From an uncultured virus (IMG/VR IMGVR_UViG_3300030618_000013) (lineage: Duplodnaviria; Heunggongvirae; Uroviricota; Caudoviricetes): DNA of 64,000 nt. How positions within the stretch are numbered: the stretch's first letter is position 1; each line of letters starts with the position of its first letter. The notes beneath the pieces are model-generated. The model made no database searches. It was not told the DNA's origin and saw nothing but the letters and a program-made list of their open reading frames with translations. The stretch is taken from IMG/VR virus record IMGVR_UViG_3300030618_000013. One strand, given 5' to 3'. This document shows positions 10,474-18,799 of this stretch, in pieces. Made by a program: the position numbers and the translations under genes.

Positions 10474-11085
10474 ATGGGCTGCGATGTTGCGTCTGCTGCA
10501 TATCTACTCGACTTGGGTCTAGGTAAGGCTAATGCCGAAGGTCATCTTGCGTTTAATGCAGCTGAGCTCCAGCGTTTCCGTAAAGACTATAAATTGTTGA
10601 GCACCAACTATTTTAACGGGAACAAGTTCGAGGAATTCAGTTTAGCCCACAACGAAGTCTATTTGATACACTCGACGGAAGAACCCTATTGCGATCCAGA
10701 GATACGTTGGTTAGTCCACATGCTGGTCTTGCGTAATACCGTGCTACCTAGAATAGCCATTCAGGTAGAAGTATGGCGGGAACTCATTGCTGATCTGGGA
10801 GGACCCACTAGCCCCAATGATTGGTTTATTCGTGAGCTGTTGAAAACTGGTAATTACGTGTGTTCGAGTCTAAGACTATCATCGGATGCTAATGGTATGT
10901 ATTTCTGGGGAGACCGACTTGCACATCAAACTGATGCAGGACACAGAGTTGGAGTACTAGTGGATAACGTTCTTGACTTGTGGGGACCAACCGCTAGAGA
11001 CGTTCATACTCAATTTATAGCTTTCGAATCCAAACTAGAGAAAGCAATTACACCATTTACCTATCGTTTCGTAATCGCTGCCTAA
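10474..11085 (+). CDS. hypothetical protein
   Basis: 203 aa ORF, AGGAG RBS. Confidence 0.7.
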   Translation: MGCDVASAAYLLDLGLGKANAEGHLAFNAAELQRFRKDYKLLSTNYFNGNKFEEFSLAHNEVYLIHSTEEPYCDPEIRWLVHMLVLRNTVLPRIAIQVEVWRELIADLGGPTSPNDWFIRELLKTGNYVCSSLRLSSDANGMYFWGDRLAHQTDAGHRVGVLVDNVLDLWGPTARDVHTQFIAFESKLEKAITPFTYRFVIAA

Positions 11086-11098
11086 CTTAATAAAGACC

Positions 11099-14000
11099 AT
11101 GGCCCTTACACCAAATACAAAAGCAAATCCAGCGTTAAAGAAAGTAGCAGCCTACACCAGTAAAAATATTGAAACTCTTGTTTGGCCTGACACTATTCGC
11201 AAAAACGCAAGTCAATACATTGGGGGTACTGATTCGTCGGGATTGTGGTTAGTTGTACGTGAGCTTATGGACAACGGGTTGGACGAAGGGCTGGCCGGTC
11301 GTAACGATGCAGTATTGTTGCACGTAGATAGCGACGGTAGTTTTTGGGTACTGGATAGGGGCCACGGCATCCCTCAAGGCGTGACCAAAACTCACATTCA
11401 TGTGAATGGCAAGGATGTCGTCAACAAAATGGACACGATGCAGGCGGCTTTTGGTGCCTTGCACACGTCAGGTAAGTATGATAGCGAAGCCTACGAGGTG
11501 TCGATTGGTTGCTTTGTTGGTTCAACACAAGTCAGAATAGCTAAAGGAAACACCGTAGCCTTCAAAGAACTATACGAACGTTGGACCACGAATAAAGAAC
11601 CAATTCCTATCGTTGCTTGGGACGTTGATAATGATGTCCAGGCACAGTCTTTCATATCACATGTACAACTAACCAAATACGTTGATGAATTGGTGCGCGT
11701 AACCCTAAGCGATGGTTCGGTTATTGAGAATACTCCCGACCATCCGTACTACGTTCGCACTGATTACTGGACGTTGAAAGTTCAGGCCCAACAGTTGGAA
11801 CCTGGACAAATGCTGATCACGCCGTATACGCACAGTGAGCTCACGGTCATTAGTGTGGAAACTTTCCACACAACAGAACCCGTGCCTGTTTACGGCATGA
11901 CTGTTGACAACCAACATACTTATTTTATTGAACCCGGAGTGCTGGTATCAAATACTCATGGTATTGGCGCTAAAGGAACTAATGCTACCGCCGAATTCTT
12001 TGATGTTCATACTTTCTACGAGAACCAATGGTACTCGGTAGGTTTCAAGAAAGGTAAGCTAACATCCCCCGTTGCAAAATGTAAGGCTCCGAAAGGTCCG
12101 GACGGCACACTGGTCAAGAAGGGTACGGTTATTCATTTCAAGCCCGATGCTTCAATTTTCTCGACCAACAAGTTCCCTGGGGCACTAGCACTTGAATGGG
12201 CTGAAATCATGGCTTATTTCAATCCAGGTTTCGCCATCATTATTTCCACCCCCAGGGGCAAGCGTCAGTTCTTGTCAAAGACAGGTGTCGCTGAGTATGT
12301 TCAAGCACGCTTAGACAAGTTTAAAGTTGGTGCCGAATCAAAATATTTCGAGTATAAATCAGAACCCGGTGATCCGAATGCAGCAGACGTAGTTGTGTCG
12401 TTCTCCAATTACGATGGATGTGATCTCAGGGGGTTCACCAACGGGCTACCCAATAGCCAGGGTGGCAAGCACGTTGATAGCGTTGTCAGCGCCCTATACG
12501 CGGGTTTAAAGCCCCATATCAAGACCCGAACGGTCAAAGGAAAAGTAATTCTGCCTTTCCGTGAATCGGATTTCAAAGAAGGCTTGGTTGGCCTAGTCAA
12601 CGCAAAATTGCATAAAGCCAAGTTCAATTCCCAGGATAAGGTAAAACTTAGCGATGAGCGCATGGGTCCTGAATTTCAAAAGAAATTAACGGTAGCCACC
12701 ATAGAATTCTTCAAGGCTAATAAAGCATTGGCTTCACGCTTATGTGAAAGAGCGACTAAGCTCAATGAGTTGAAGACCAAATTCACGATGTCGAAAAAGG
12801 CAGCAGCCACGTTGAATGCTGTGAAGCGCAATGGACTGCCCGCCAAATATGCTTCATTTGATATGCGTACCAAAGTTGCGGATCGTGAACTCTTTATCGT
12901 AGAAGGGGAATCGGCAGGCGGCTCGGCCAAAGAGGCCAGGTTCCCCTACCAGGCTGTACTGCCATTAAAAGGCAAAGTCAAAAATGCACTAAAAAAGGAT
13001 AAAAAAGGTACAACACTGGAAAGTGAAGAAATTGTTAATATTCTGGCAGCTATTGGATATGACGCAAAGGCCGTAGACCCTTGTGCAAAACTCACGGTTG
13101 GCAAAATCATCTGTTTGGCTGACCCGGATCCAGATGGCCCATTTATTGGCGACACTCAAATTCGGGTCAGGAGTATGGCCCGCAGCCAGTCAAAATCAGA
13201 GGACTTTGTTTGGACTGAGCATACGGCAACTATTAGAGGCCTCGCTAATAGTTCTTTAACTCAGGAACGGGGAAACACTGCAGAACAACTAGTGTTTGAG
13301 GTGCCTGTATGGCACCACGGAAAAGAAATCTGGGCACCAGCAACCGCGCAATTGGTCAAAAACGTAGACCGACTAATGGCTTTTGAAATCGGACGTTCGA
13401 AATTCAGAGTTGATGAAAATCATAAATGGGTGTGTGTAGTAACCCGAGCAATGTATGGTCGTGATACTGAACCACATCCAGAGCATGAAAAACTTGTGTA
13501 CGTTAAGTCCAAGGATATGAAGGTCGGTGATCGTGTGTGGTGTCCCTCAAACAATCATCTGAAAGACCAGGCTTTAACAGACAAAGAAAGTGGATTGGGT
13601 TACCAAGCGGTATCCAAGCTTAGAGTTCAAGAACTGAAAGAGCCGGTGCCCGTCTATTGTTTGACAGTCCCACGCTATCATTCGTTCGTCCTGCCGTCAG
13701 GAGTCGTGTCCAGCAATTGTCACATCAACTCTTTGCTCCTATCTCTGTTTTATAAGTATCTGCCGGACCTGTTCACCCGAGGTTTGATCTACGTGGCTAA
13801 CAGCCCTGAGTTTTATGCTATTCATAAGGACCAATTAGTGTGCGGTGAGACCTTAAGTCAAGTTCAGGTTAAGCTCAAGAAAATTAAAGCCCCATCATCA
13901 ACGCTAATAAATCACGTTAAAGGGTACGGTGAGATTGATGTAGACTTGATGCGTATCATGGCTATGGATCCAGCTACTAGATCCCTGATAAAAATCAAGG

Positions 14001-14122
14001 CTCTTGAGTCCGAGGACCACGTTGATTTTGTCAGACTCATGAATGAAGACGTAGCTTATCGCAGGGACATGTTAGGCTTGCCCGCAAATGCTACGGGTGG
14101 AAACTGTGATAGCGAGGGCTAA
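11099..14122 (+). CDS. gyrB: type IIA topoisomerase B subunit (GyrB/ParE-like) with two inteins
   Basis: GHKL motifs ELMDNGLDE, DRGHGIP, LHTSGK, SIG/THGIG; TOPRIM motifs EGESAGG, PLKGK, DPDPDG/CHI; KGYGE; predicted spliced length 666 aa. Confidence 0.93.
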   Translation: MALTPNTKANPALKKVAAYTSKNIETLVWPDTIRKNASQYIGGTDSSGLWLVVRELMDNGLDEGLAGRNDAVLLHVDSDGSFWVLDRGHGIPQGVTKTHIHVNGKDVVNKMDTMQAAFGALHTSGKYDSEAYEVSIGCFVGSTQVRIAKGNTVAFKELYERWTTNKEPIPIVAWDVDNDVQAQSFISHVQLTKYVDELVRVTLSDGSVIENTPDHPYYVRTDYWTLKVQAQQLEPGQMLITPYTHSELTVISVETFHTTEPVPVYGMTVDNQHTYFIEPGVLVSNTHGIGAKGTNATAEFFDVHTFYENQWYSVGFKKGKLTSPVAKCKAPKGPDGTLVKKGTVIHFKPDASIFSTNKFPGALALEWAEIMAYFNPGFAIIISTPRGKRQFLSKTGVAEYVQARLDKFKVGAESKYFEYKSEPGDPNAADVVVSFSNYDGCDLRGFTNGLPNSQGGKHVDSVVSALYAGLKPHIKTRTVKGKVILPFRESDFKEGLVGLVNAKLHKAKFNSQDKVKLSDERMGPEFQKKLTVATIEFFKANKALASRLCERATKLNELKTKFTMSKKAAATLNAVKRNGLPAKYASFDMRTKVADRELFIVEGESAGGSAKEARFPYQAVLPLKGKVKNALKKDKKGTTLESEEIVNILAAIGYDAKAVDPCAKLTVGKIICLADPDPDGPFIGDTQIRVRSMARSQSKSEDFVWTEHTATIRGLANSSLTQERGNTAEQLVFEVPVWHHGKEIWAPATAQLVKNVDRLMAFEIGRSKFRVDENHKWVCVVTRAMYGRDTEPHPEHEKLVYVKSKDMKVGDRVWCPSNNHLKDQALTDKESGLGYQAVSKLRVQELKEPVPVYCLTVPRYHSFVLPSGVVSSNCHINSLLLSLFYKYLPDLFTRGLIYVANSPEFYAIHKDQLVCGETLSQVQVKLKKIKAPSSTLINHVKGYGEIDVDLMRIMAMDPATRSLIKIKALESEDHVDFVRLMNEDVAYRRDMLGLPANATGGNCDSEG
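11510..11953 (+). mobile_element. mini-intein 1 (class 1, 148 aa) in the GyrB ATP lid
   Basis: Starts CFVGSTQV; block B TPDHPYY; block F PVYGMTV; ends VLVSN before Thr; interrupts SIG-THGIG. Confidence 0.9.
13139..13717 (+). mobile_element. mini-intein 2 (Pro1, class 3-like, 193 aa) in the GyrB TOPRIM DxD motif
   Basis: Starts PFIGDTQI; block B NHKW; block F VYCLTV; ends VVSSN before Cys; interrupts DPDPDG-CHI. Confidence 0.85.
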
Positions 14123-14174
14123 GTCTGCTGACTGATTGAAGTTCAAGCCCCAGCCCAAATCAACAAGGAATAAG

Positions 14175-15704
14175 ATGATAGCCAAACGTCGAATTACGAC
14201 GAAATCACGTAAAACCGTAAGTTCTGCAGATTTGGTGCCCACAAAAGACAATGACATTAAATCTTCCACGTTAAGAGATTTTGGTCGTAGTCGTATGACT
14301 ACCTATGCAATCTCTGTTAATCTAGACCGCTCTGTACCTGATATGTATGACGGGCTTAAACCTGTACAGCGCCGCAATATGTATGGGACGGCAAAGGAAG
14401 CTTTTTCATCGTTTGAAAAGACAGCTCGTATTGTAGGCGTTGTACTAGGTCGATATCATCCACATGGCGACAAGTCAATTAGCGATGCTATAACCACCAT
14501 GGTCAACCACCCAACTTCTGTGTTCTACGGAAAAGGTAACTGGGGTAACATGGTTGATGGTGCGGCGGCCATGCGCTACACGAACATGCAATTATCAGCA
14601 TACGGGCAAACATTCTTTGATCCCAATTACCTACATGCATCCGTCACTAGCTTTGTACCTAACTACGATAACAAAGAAGTGGAGCCTGTAACACTACCCG
14701 CTCAATTGCCTAATGTAATTCTTAATGGTGGCGAAGGAATTGGCGTTGGCATCACGACATTGATTCCTACTTTTACCCCGGACTCCGTAATTCTGATTCT
14801 AGAACGCATGCTCAAAGGTGAAGTGCTGGCCCCAACGGATTATGCACGAACCCTGAAGTTTGCGCACAAATGGGGTGGTCAATTACTCAAGACTCCGGAG
14901 AACAAAAAAGGGTGGATGGGGCTTTTCACCGGCAGCGAGACCCAAGTTAAGTTCGAGTCCGAACTTCAAGTAGAACTAGACCGCAAGAAACTGATAATCA
15001 ATGACTGGCCTCCGGGCACCAACCTACAGAAATTTGTAGAGAAGGTTCGGGCTATGCCTGAGACTCTACGATGCTTCAATTCGAAGGGTTCAGCCACGCT
15101 TACCATTGAATGCAAACCGGCGTACAATCTGACGCAGTTTGAGAAATATGTGGAAAAGATTAGGCTGGCTACCCGCAAGAGCGTGAGTTTCAAACTCAAT
15201 GTGACGAAACGTAAGGCCCAGATCCTGGATGGCGTCACCACGTTCAAGACTGAGTTTCTTGCACTGTCTGTACCTGAGTTGCTTAAGCAGTGGCTGGTAA
15301 TGCGTATCGAGTTGGAACGCAAGAGTTTGGCCTACAGGCAGACTAAGCAACGAGCAGCTATTGCTTATTCGGAACTCTTGATTTATGCCTGTGATAAACT
15401 TGATATCATAGTCAAGGCCCTGCGAGCAAAGGACCCTGATATGTTCCTCACCAAGAATCTAGAAATCGATGGGGATCAGGCAAAGCAGATTCTTGAACTC
15501 AGGGTCAGGCAACTTTCAAAACTGGATCAAGAGGTACTTAAGCTCAAGCTGAAAGAACAGCGATTAGTTTTGAAGCAACTGGATGAATGGCTTAAACGAC
15601 CCCGATCCAAGGTCCTGCTGGACTTGGCTGAGGTAAAGGCAGCGATTCTAAAAGATCGTTCGTTCCAGGCCAACAAGGATACACGTAAGCTCAAAGTTAT
15701 TTAA
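14175..15704 (+). CDS. gyrA: type IIA topoisomerase A subunit (GyrA/ParC-like), no C-terminal pinwheel
   Basis: DGLKPVQRR, YHPHGD, GNWG, catalytic AAMRYT, GIGVG; about 510 aa. Confidence 0.92.
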   Translation: MIAKRRITTKSRKTVSSADLVPTKDNDIKSSTLRDFGRSRMTTYAISVNLDRSVPDMYDGLKPVQRRNMYGTAKEAFSSFEKTARIVGVVLGRYHPHGDKSISDAITTMVNHPTSVFYGKGNWGNMVDGAAAMRYTNMQLSAYGQTFFDPNYLHASVTSFVPNYDNKEVEPVTLPAQLPNVILNGGEGIGVGITTLIPTFTPDSVILILERMLKGEVLAPTDYARTLKFAHKWGGQLLKTPENKKGWMGLFTGSETQVKFESELQVELDRKKLIINDWPPGTNLQKFVEKVRAMPETLRCFNSKGSATLTIECKPAYNLTQFEKYVEKIRLATRKSVSFKLNVTKRKAQILDGVTTFKTEFLALSVPELLKQWLVMRIELERKSLAYRQTKQRAAIAYSELLIYACDKLDIIVKALRAKDPDMFLTKNLEIDGDQAKQILELRVRQLSKLDQEVLKLKLKEQRLVLKQLDEWLKRPRSKVLLDLAEVKAAILKDRSFQANKDTRKLKVI

Positions 15705-15712
15705 ATCTGGAT

Positions 15713-15745
15713 GGGGTTGCTTTATAGGTCACGAAAAGCAACCCC
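15713..15745 (+). terminator. stem-loop after gyrA
   Basis: GGGGTTGCTTT / AAAGCAACCCC 11 bp inverted repeat. Confidence 0.6.
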
Positions 15746-15841
15746 CTGTTGGGGCCAACATTAAAGTCTTGCTAGTGGAAAAGTCTTAGTATAGGATAGA
15801 GTCAAATAGTTAGTGGCTAAGTCCCAGTCAAAGGAATGAAA

Positions 15842-16342
15842 ATGAGCAAGCATGAAATATTTGGTATGTCGAATCTGGCCCAACAGCATACAGGATTGCC
15901 TCTTGCTGTGATGGTTCGCGCAGCACCTCAAAATAAGAAAGACCCTAGCGTCAAGATCGCACACTCCACTGACGGCTTAGTCGACAAAGGCCCGAATTTT
16001 TCATTGTCTATTAGTCTTGAGCCTAAAAAATTGATGGACCCACCTGTAGGCATAAAGTTTAAAGCTAGCGACGTTAGAAAAGTTGCGAATTGGGTTGTGT
16101 CGAATCGCTCGCTACTCCTGAAATATTGGTATGGTATAACCACGGACAGCATTACTGTACAGAATTTGCTTATTTCGAACAAAGACTACGGTGTGCCCTT
16201 TGACACTACCTTAGACCTGTTACGTACTGCGTGGAACCTATCTTTGACGCCGCAGGCCCGGGCAGCTTTAGCTAAAATAAATATTCAGGCTGTTGAGCTT
16301 ATCGTTAAACGAAATCGAGCTTTGTTTCCTGTTCGTAAATAA
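15842..16342 (+). CDS. DUF4160-like protein with C-terminal helical extension, paralog 1
   Basis: MSNL..TGLPLAVMV..VKIA..WV..NR.LLLKYW, shared with 16362 and 41248. Confidence 0.6.
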   Translation: MSKHEIFGMSNLAQQHTGLPLAVMVRAAPQNKKDPSVKIAHSTDGLVDKGPNFSLSISLEPKKLMDPPVGIKFKASDVRKVANWVVSNRSLLLKYWYGITTDSITVQNLLISNKDYGVPFDTTLDLLRTAWNLSLTPQARAALAKINIQAVELIVKRNRALFPVRK

Positions 16343-16361
16343 CTGGTGTGCGGAAAATAAA

Positions 16362-16856
16362 ATGAGCAAACATGAAATAACCGGCATGTCCAGACTATCA
16401 AGAAATGATACGGGTCTGCCCTTGGCTGTTATGATCAGTGACGCACCATCAAACAAAAAGGTACCGCGTATTAAGGTTGCACAAGCTACGACAGATTTCA
16501 AAAACAATAGTCTGAACATGTCGTTGTCCATAGCACCACATCCAGAAGCCTTAACTAAAATCCCAAAAGGTATGTCGCATCAGGACTTAGCATCTGTTGC
16601 TGAGTGGGTAAGTACCAACCGGTCCATGCTTCTAAAATATTGGTATGGTATTGAGACTGAAACACGTAAGGTAGAACAGCATCTGATTGATGGTAAAGAC
16701 CAAGGCAAAACCTTTGACCAAATCATAGGCCGTATGCGTTCTATGTGGGTTTCTCAAGCAACCAAACAAGAAATCAGCACGCAAATGGAAGTCCCAGTAG
16801 ACGCAGTCGACCTAATTATTGATACTAATTCCAAGCTGTTTCCTGATCGTAAATAA
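16362..16856 (+). CDS. DUF4160-like protein, tandem paralog 2
   Basis: Clear alignment to 15842 (MSKHEI.GMS.L, TGLPLAVM, LLKYWYGI.T). Confidence 0.6.
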   Translation: MSKHEITGMSRLSRNDTGLPLAVMISDAPSNKKVPRIKVAQATTDFKNNSLNMSLSIAPHPEALTKIPKGMSHQDLASVAEWVSTNRSMLLKYWYGIETETRKVEQHLIDGKDQGKTFDQIIGRMRSMWVSQATKQEISTQMEVPVDAVDLIIDTNSKLFPDRK

Positions 16857-16986
16857 GACTGACGGATCTTTAATTTAGGCTCCAACATTAAATATCTGTC
16901 AGTGGAAAGACTTGGTGTACACTAGACCAAGTTAAGTAATTAAAACTAGCAGTAAAAATACTCCGATCACTAAATAGAGGATTATT

Positions 16987-18210
16987 ATGCAACAGAACGA
17001 AGTTTATGAGCAAATGTTTGGCGGTAAAATCAAACTGTGGACGGGCAATATGCCCGTGGAACAGACGGCCCTTGATCAATTACGCAACGTGTCAAACCTG
17101 CCTATTCTTGGTGGACACGTTGCGGTGATGCCTGATGTACACTTTGGTATGGGTGCAACTGTTGGTTCCGTTATACCTCTGACTGGGGCAGTTATACCCG
17201 CAGCTGTTGGAGTCGACATCGGATGCGGCATGTGTGCTGTACAGACGTCACTTAAGGCCTCTGACCTTCCTGATAGTTTGGTTGGTGTCCGTCATCAAAT
17301 CGAACGCGATGTACCTGTAGGTTTTAGCTACCATCAACGGGATATTCACCTGCGTCATCAAGGTTTAGTCGGCATGGAACTCAGCCGTCGTCGTGCGGAA
17401 CTGTTATCTAGATTTCCCTCAATTCGTATCATGAAACGTATCAAACGTTTTGACGAAGCTCGTATGAACATGCAGTTAGGTACTTTGGGTGGTGGCAATC
17501 ATTTCATCGAGTTGTGCGTGGATGAAAACCAAAATGTGTGGGTGATGTTGCATTCGGGTAGTCGTAATGTTGGCAAGACCGTGGGTGAGGCCGCGACCAA
17601 CTTGGCAAAAGAAGAGCTGTACAGGCAGCACGTCAATTTGCCAGACAAGGATCTTTCCTGGTTCGCTGAGGGCACCGAGCTATTTGATGAGTACGTTGAA
17701 GCCATGCTGTGGAGCCAAGAATACGCGAAGCTGAATCGTGACCTCATGCTGATGCTTGTTTTGTCCGCTGTTGAGCGCACAATTAAACCTTTCACTTTGG
17801 TGAACGAAGCCGTAAACTGCCATCATAACTTTCTGTCTAAAGAGGAATTTGGTGGACGCCCTCTATGGATCACCCGCAAAGGTGCTGTAGGTGCGTACAA
17901 AGGTCAACTGGGTATCATTCCTGGATCCATGGGTGCCCGTTCTTTCATTGTCTGTGGTAAGGGACATGAAGCAGCTTATTGTTCTTGCAGTCATGGGGCC
18001 GGTCGCGTCATGTCTCGCGGGCAAGCAAAACGTAGTTTTTCGTTAGCCGATATTGCTACACAAACAGCCGGTGTTGAATGCAAAAAAGATAGTAGCGTGT
18101 TGGACGAAATTCCAGGTGCTTATAAAAATATTGATGATGTTATGGAGGCACAATCGGAATTGGTAGAAATCAAGGCTACGCTGAAACAAGTACTCTGCGT
18201 TAAGGGCTGA
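16987..18210 (+). CDS. rtcB: RNA-splicing/repair ligase RtcB
   Basis: MPDVHFG, VGVDIGCG, GTLGGGNHFIE, HSGSR, HHN, RKGA, PGSMG, SHGAGR, YKNI..VM. Confidence 0.96.
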   Translation: MQQNEVYEQMFGGKIKLWTGNMPVEQTALDQLRNVSNLPILGGHVAVMPDVHFGMGATVGSVIPLTGAVIPAAVGVDIGCGMCAVQTSLKASDLPDSLVGVRHQIERDVPVGFSYHQRDIHLRHQGLVGMELSRRRAELLSRFPSIRIMKRIKRFDEARMNMQLGTLGGGNHFIELCVDENQNVWVMLHSGSRNVGKTVGEAATNLAKEELYRQHVNLPDKDLSWFAEGTELFDEYVEAMLWSQEYAKLNRDLMLMLVLSAVERTIKPFTLVNEAVNCHHNFLSKEEFGGRPLWITRKGAVGAYKGQLGIIPGSMGARSFIVCGKGHEAAYCSCSHGAGRVMSRGQAKRSFSLADIATQTAGVECKKDSSVLDEIPGAYKNIDDVMEAQSELVEIKATLKQVLCVKG

Positions 18211-18300
18211 ACCCCCACTTTCATAGCTCGTTGATGAAAATTGGTTACGCAACTTCCTGACAACAATTTCTTGATTTTGATATGCTCGTAAATAATGTAC

Positions 18301-18336
18301 AAGGGCTTAGTCGGGCTCCCTATCGAATGTCAGGCA
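18301..18336 (+). repeat. about 35 nt leader repeat, copy 1 (copy 2 at 18747-18781)
   Basis: AAGGGCTTAGTCGGGCTCCCTATCGAATGTCAGGCA vs AAGGGCTAGCCGGGCTCCCTATCGAATGTCCGGCA. Confidence 0.85.
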
Positions 18337-18351
18337 TACCACGGAGTACGA

Positions 18352-18735
18352 ATGATGCAAAAATACAGGCCAGCAATTCCCACCCGATTACAGAGCATCG
18401 GCTTTGAAACCGATGTCGTAGGTCGGGCCTTTTTGTTAGCCCGAGAAGCCGGGTTACATCCGGTTACCGCATGGCTGCAGAGGGAATCCAACGAATCACG
18501 CACACTGGTGTCCGTGGTCGTGGCAAGCAAACGTTCGAAAGTTATCGCCCGGTTGATGCGAATTAATAAGTATTCAACCAGCAAATGGTGGAAGGGCGGG
18601 TTCCCCATCGAACGTAATAAGTGCGGTGTCTTGGACATAAAGGTCGTAACATTTGGTGACAACCACACAGCTTCTGTTCATAAGTACGGCAAGAATGGGT
18701 CCATCATCGTGTTCAGTAATCGTAAACACGTATAG
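18352..18735 (+). CDS. hypothetical basic protein
   Basis: GGAG RBS and ATG just after the leader repeat. Confidence 0.6.
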   Translation: MMQKYRPAIPTRLQSIGFETDVVGRAFLLAREAGLHPVTAWLQRESNESRTLVSVVVASKRSKVIARLMRINKYSTSKWWKGGFPIERNKCGVLDIKVVTFGDNHTASVHKYGKNGSIIVFSNRKHV

Positions 18736-18799
18736 TCTTAATTTCAAAGGGCTAGCCGGGCTCCCTATCGAATGTCCGGCAATTGAAGAGTGCAAAAGA

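Noticed and set aside
11510..13717. Homing endonuclease domains in the inteins
   Set aside because: Lengths of 148 and 193 aa and no LAGLIDADG or HNH motifs.
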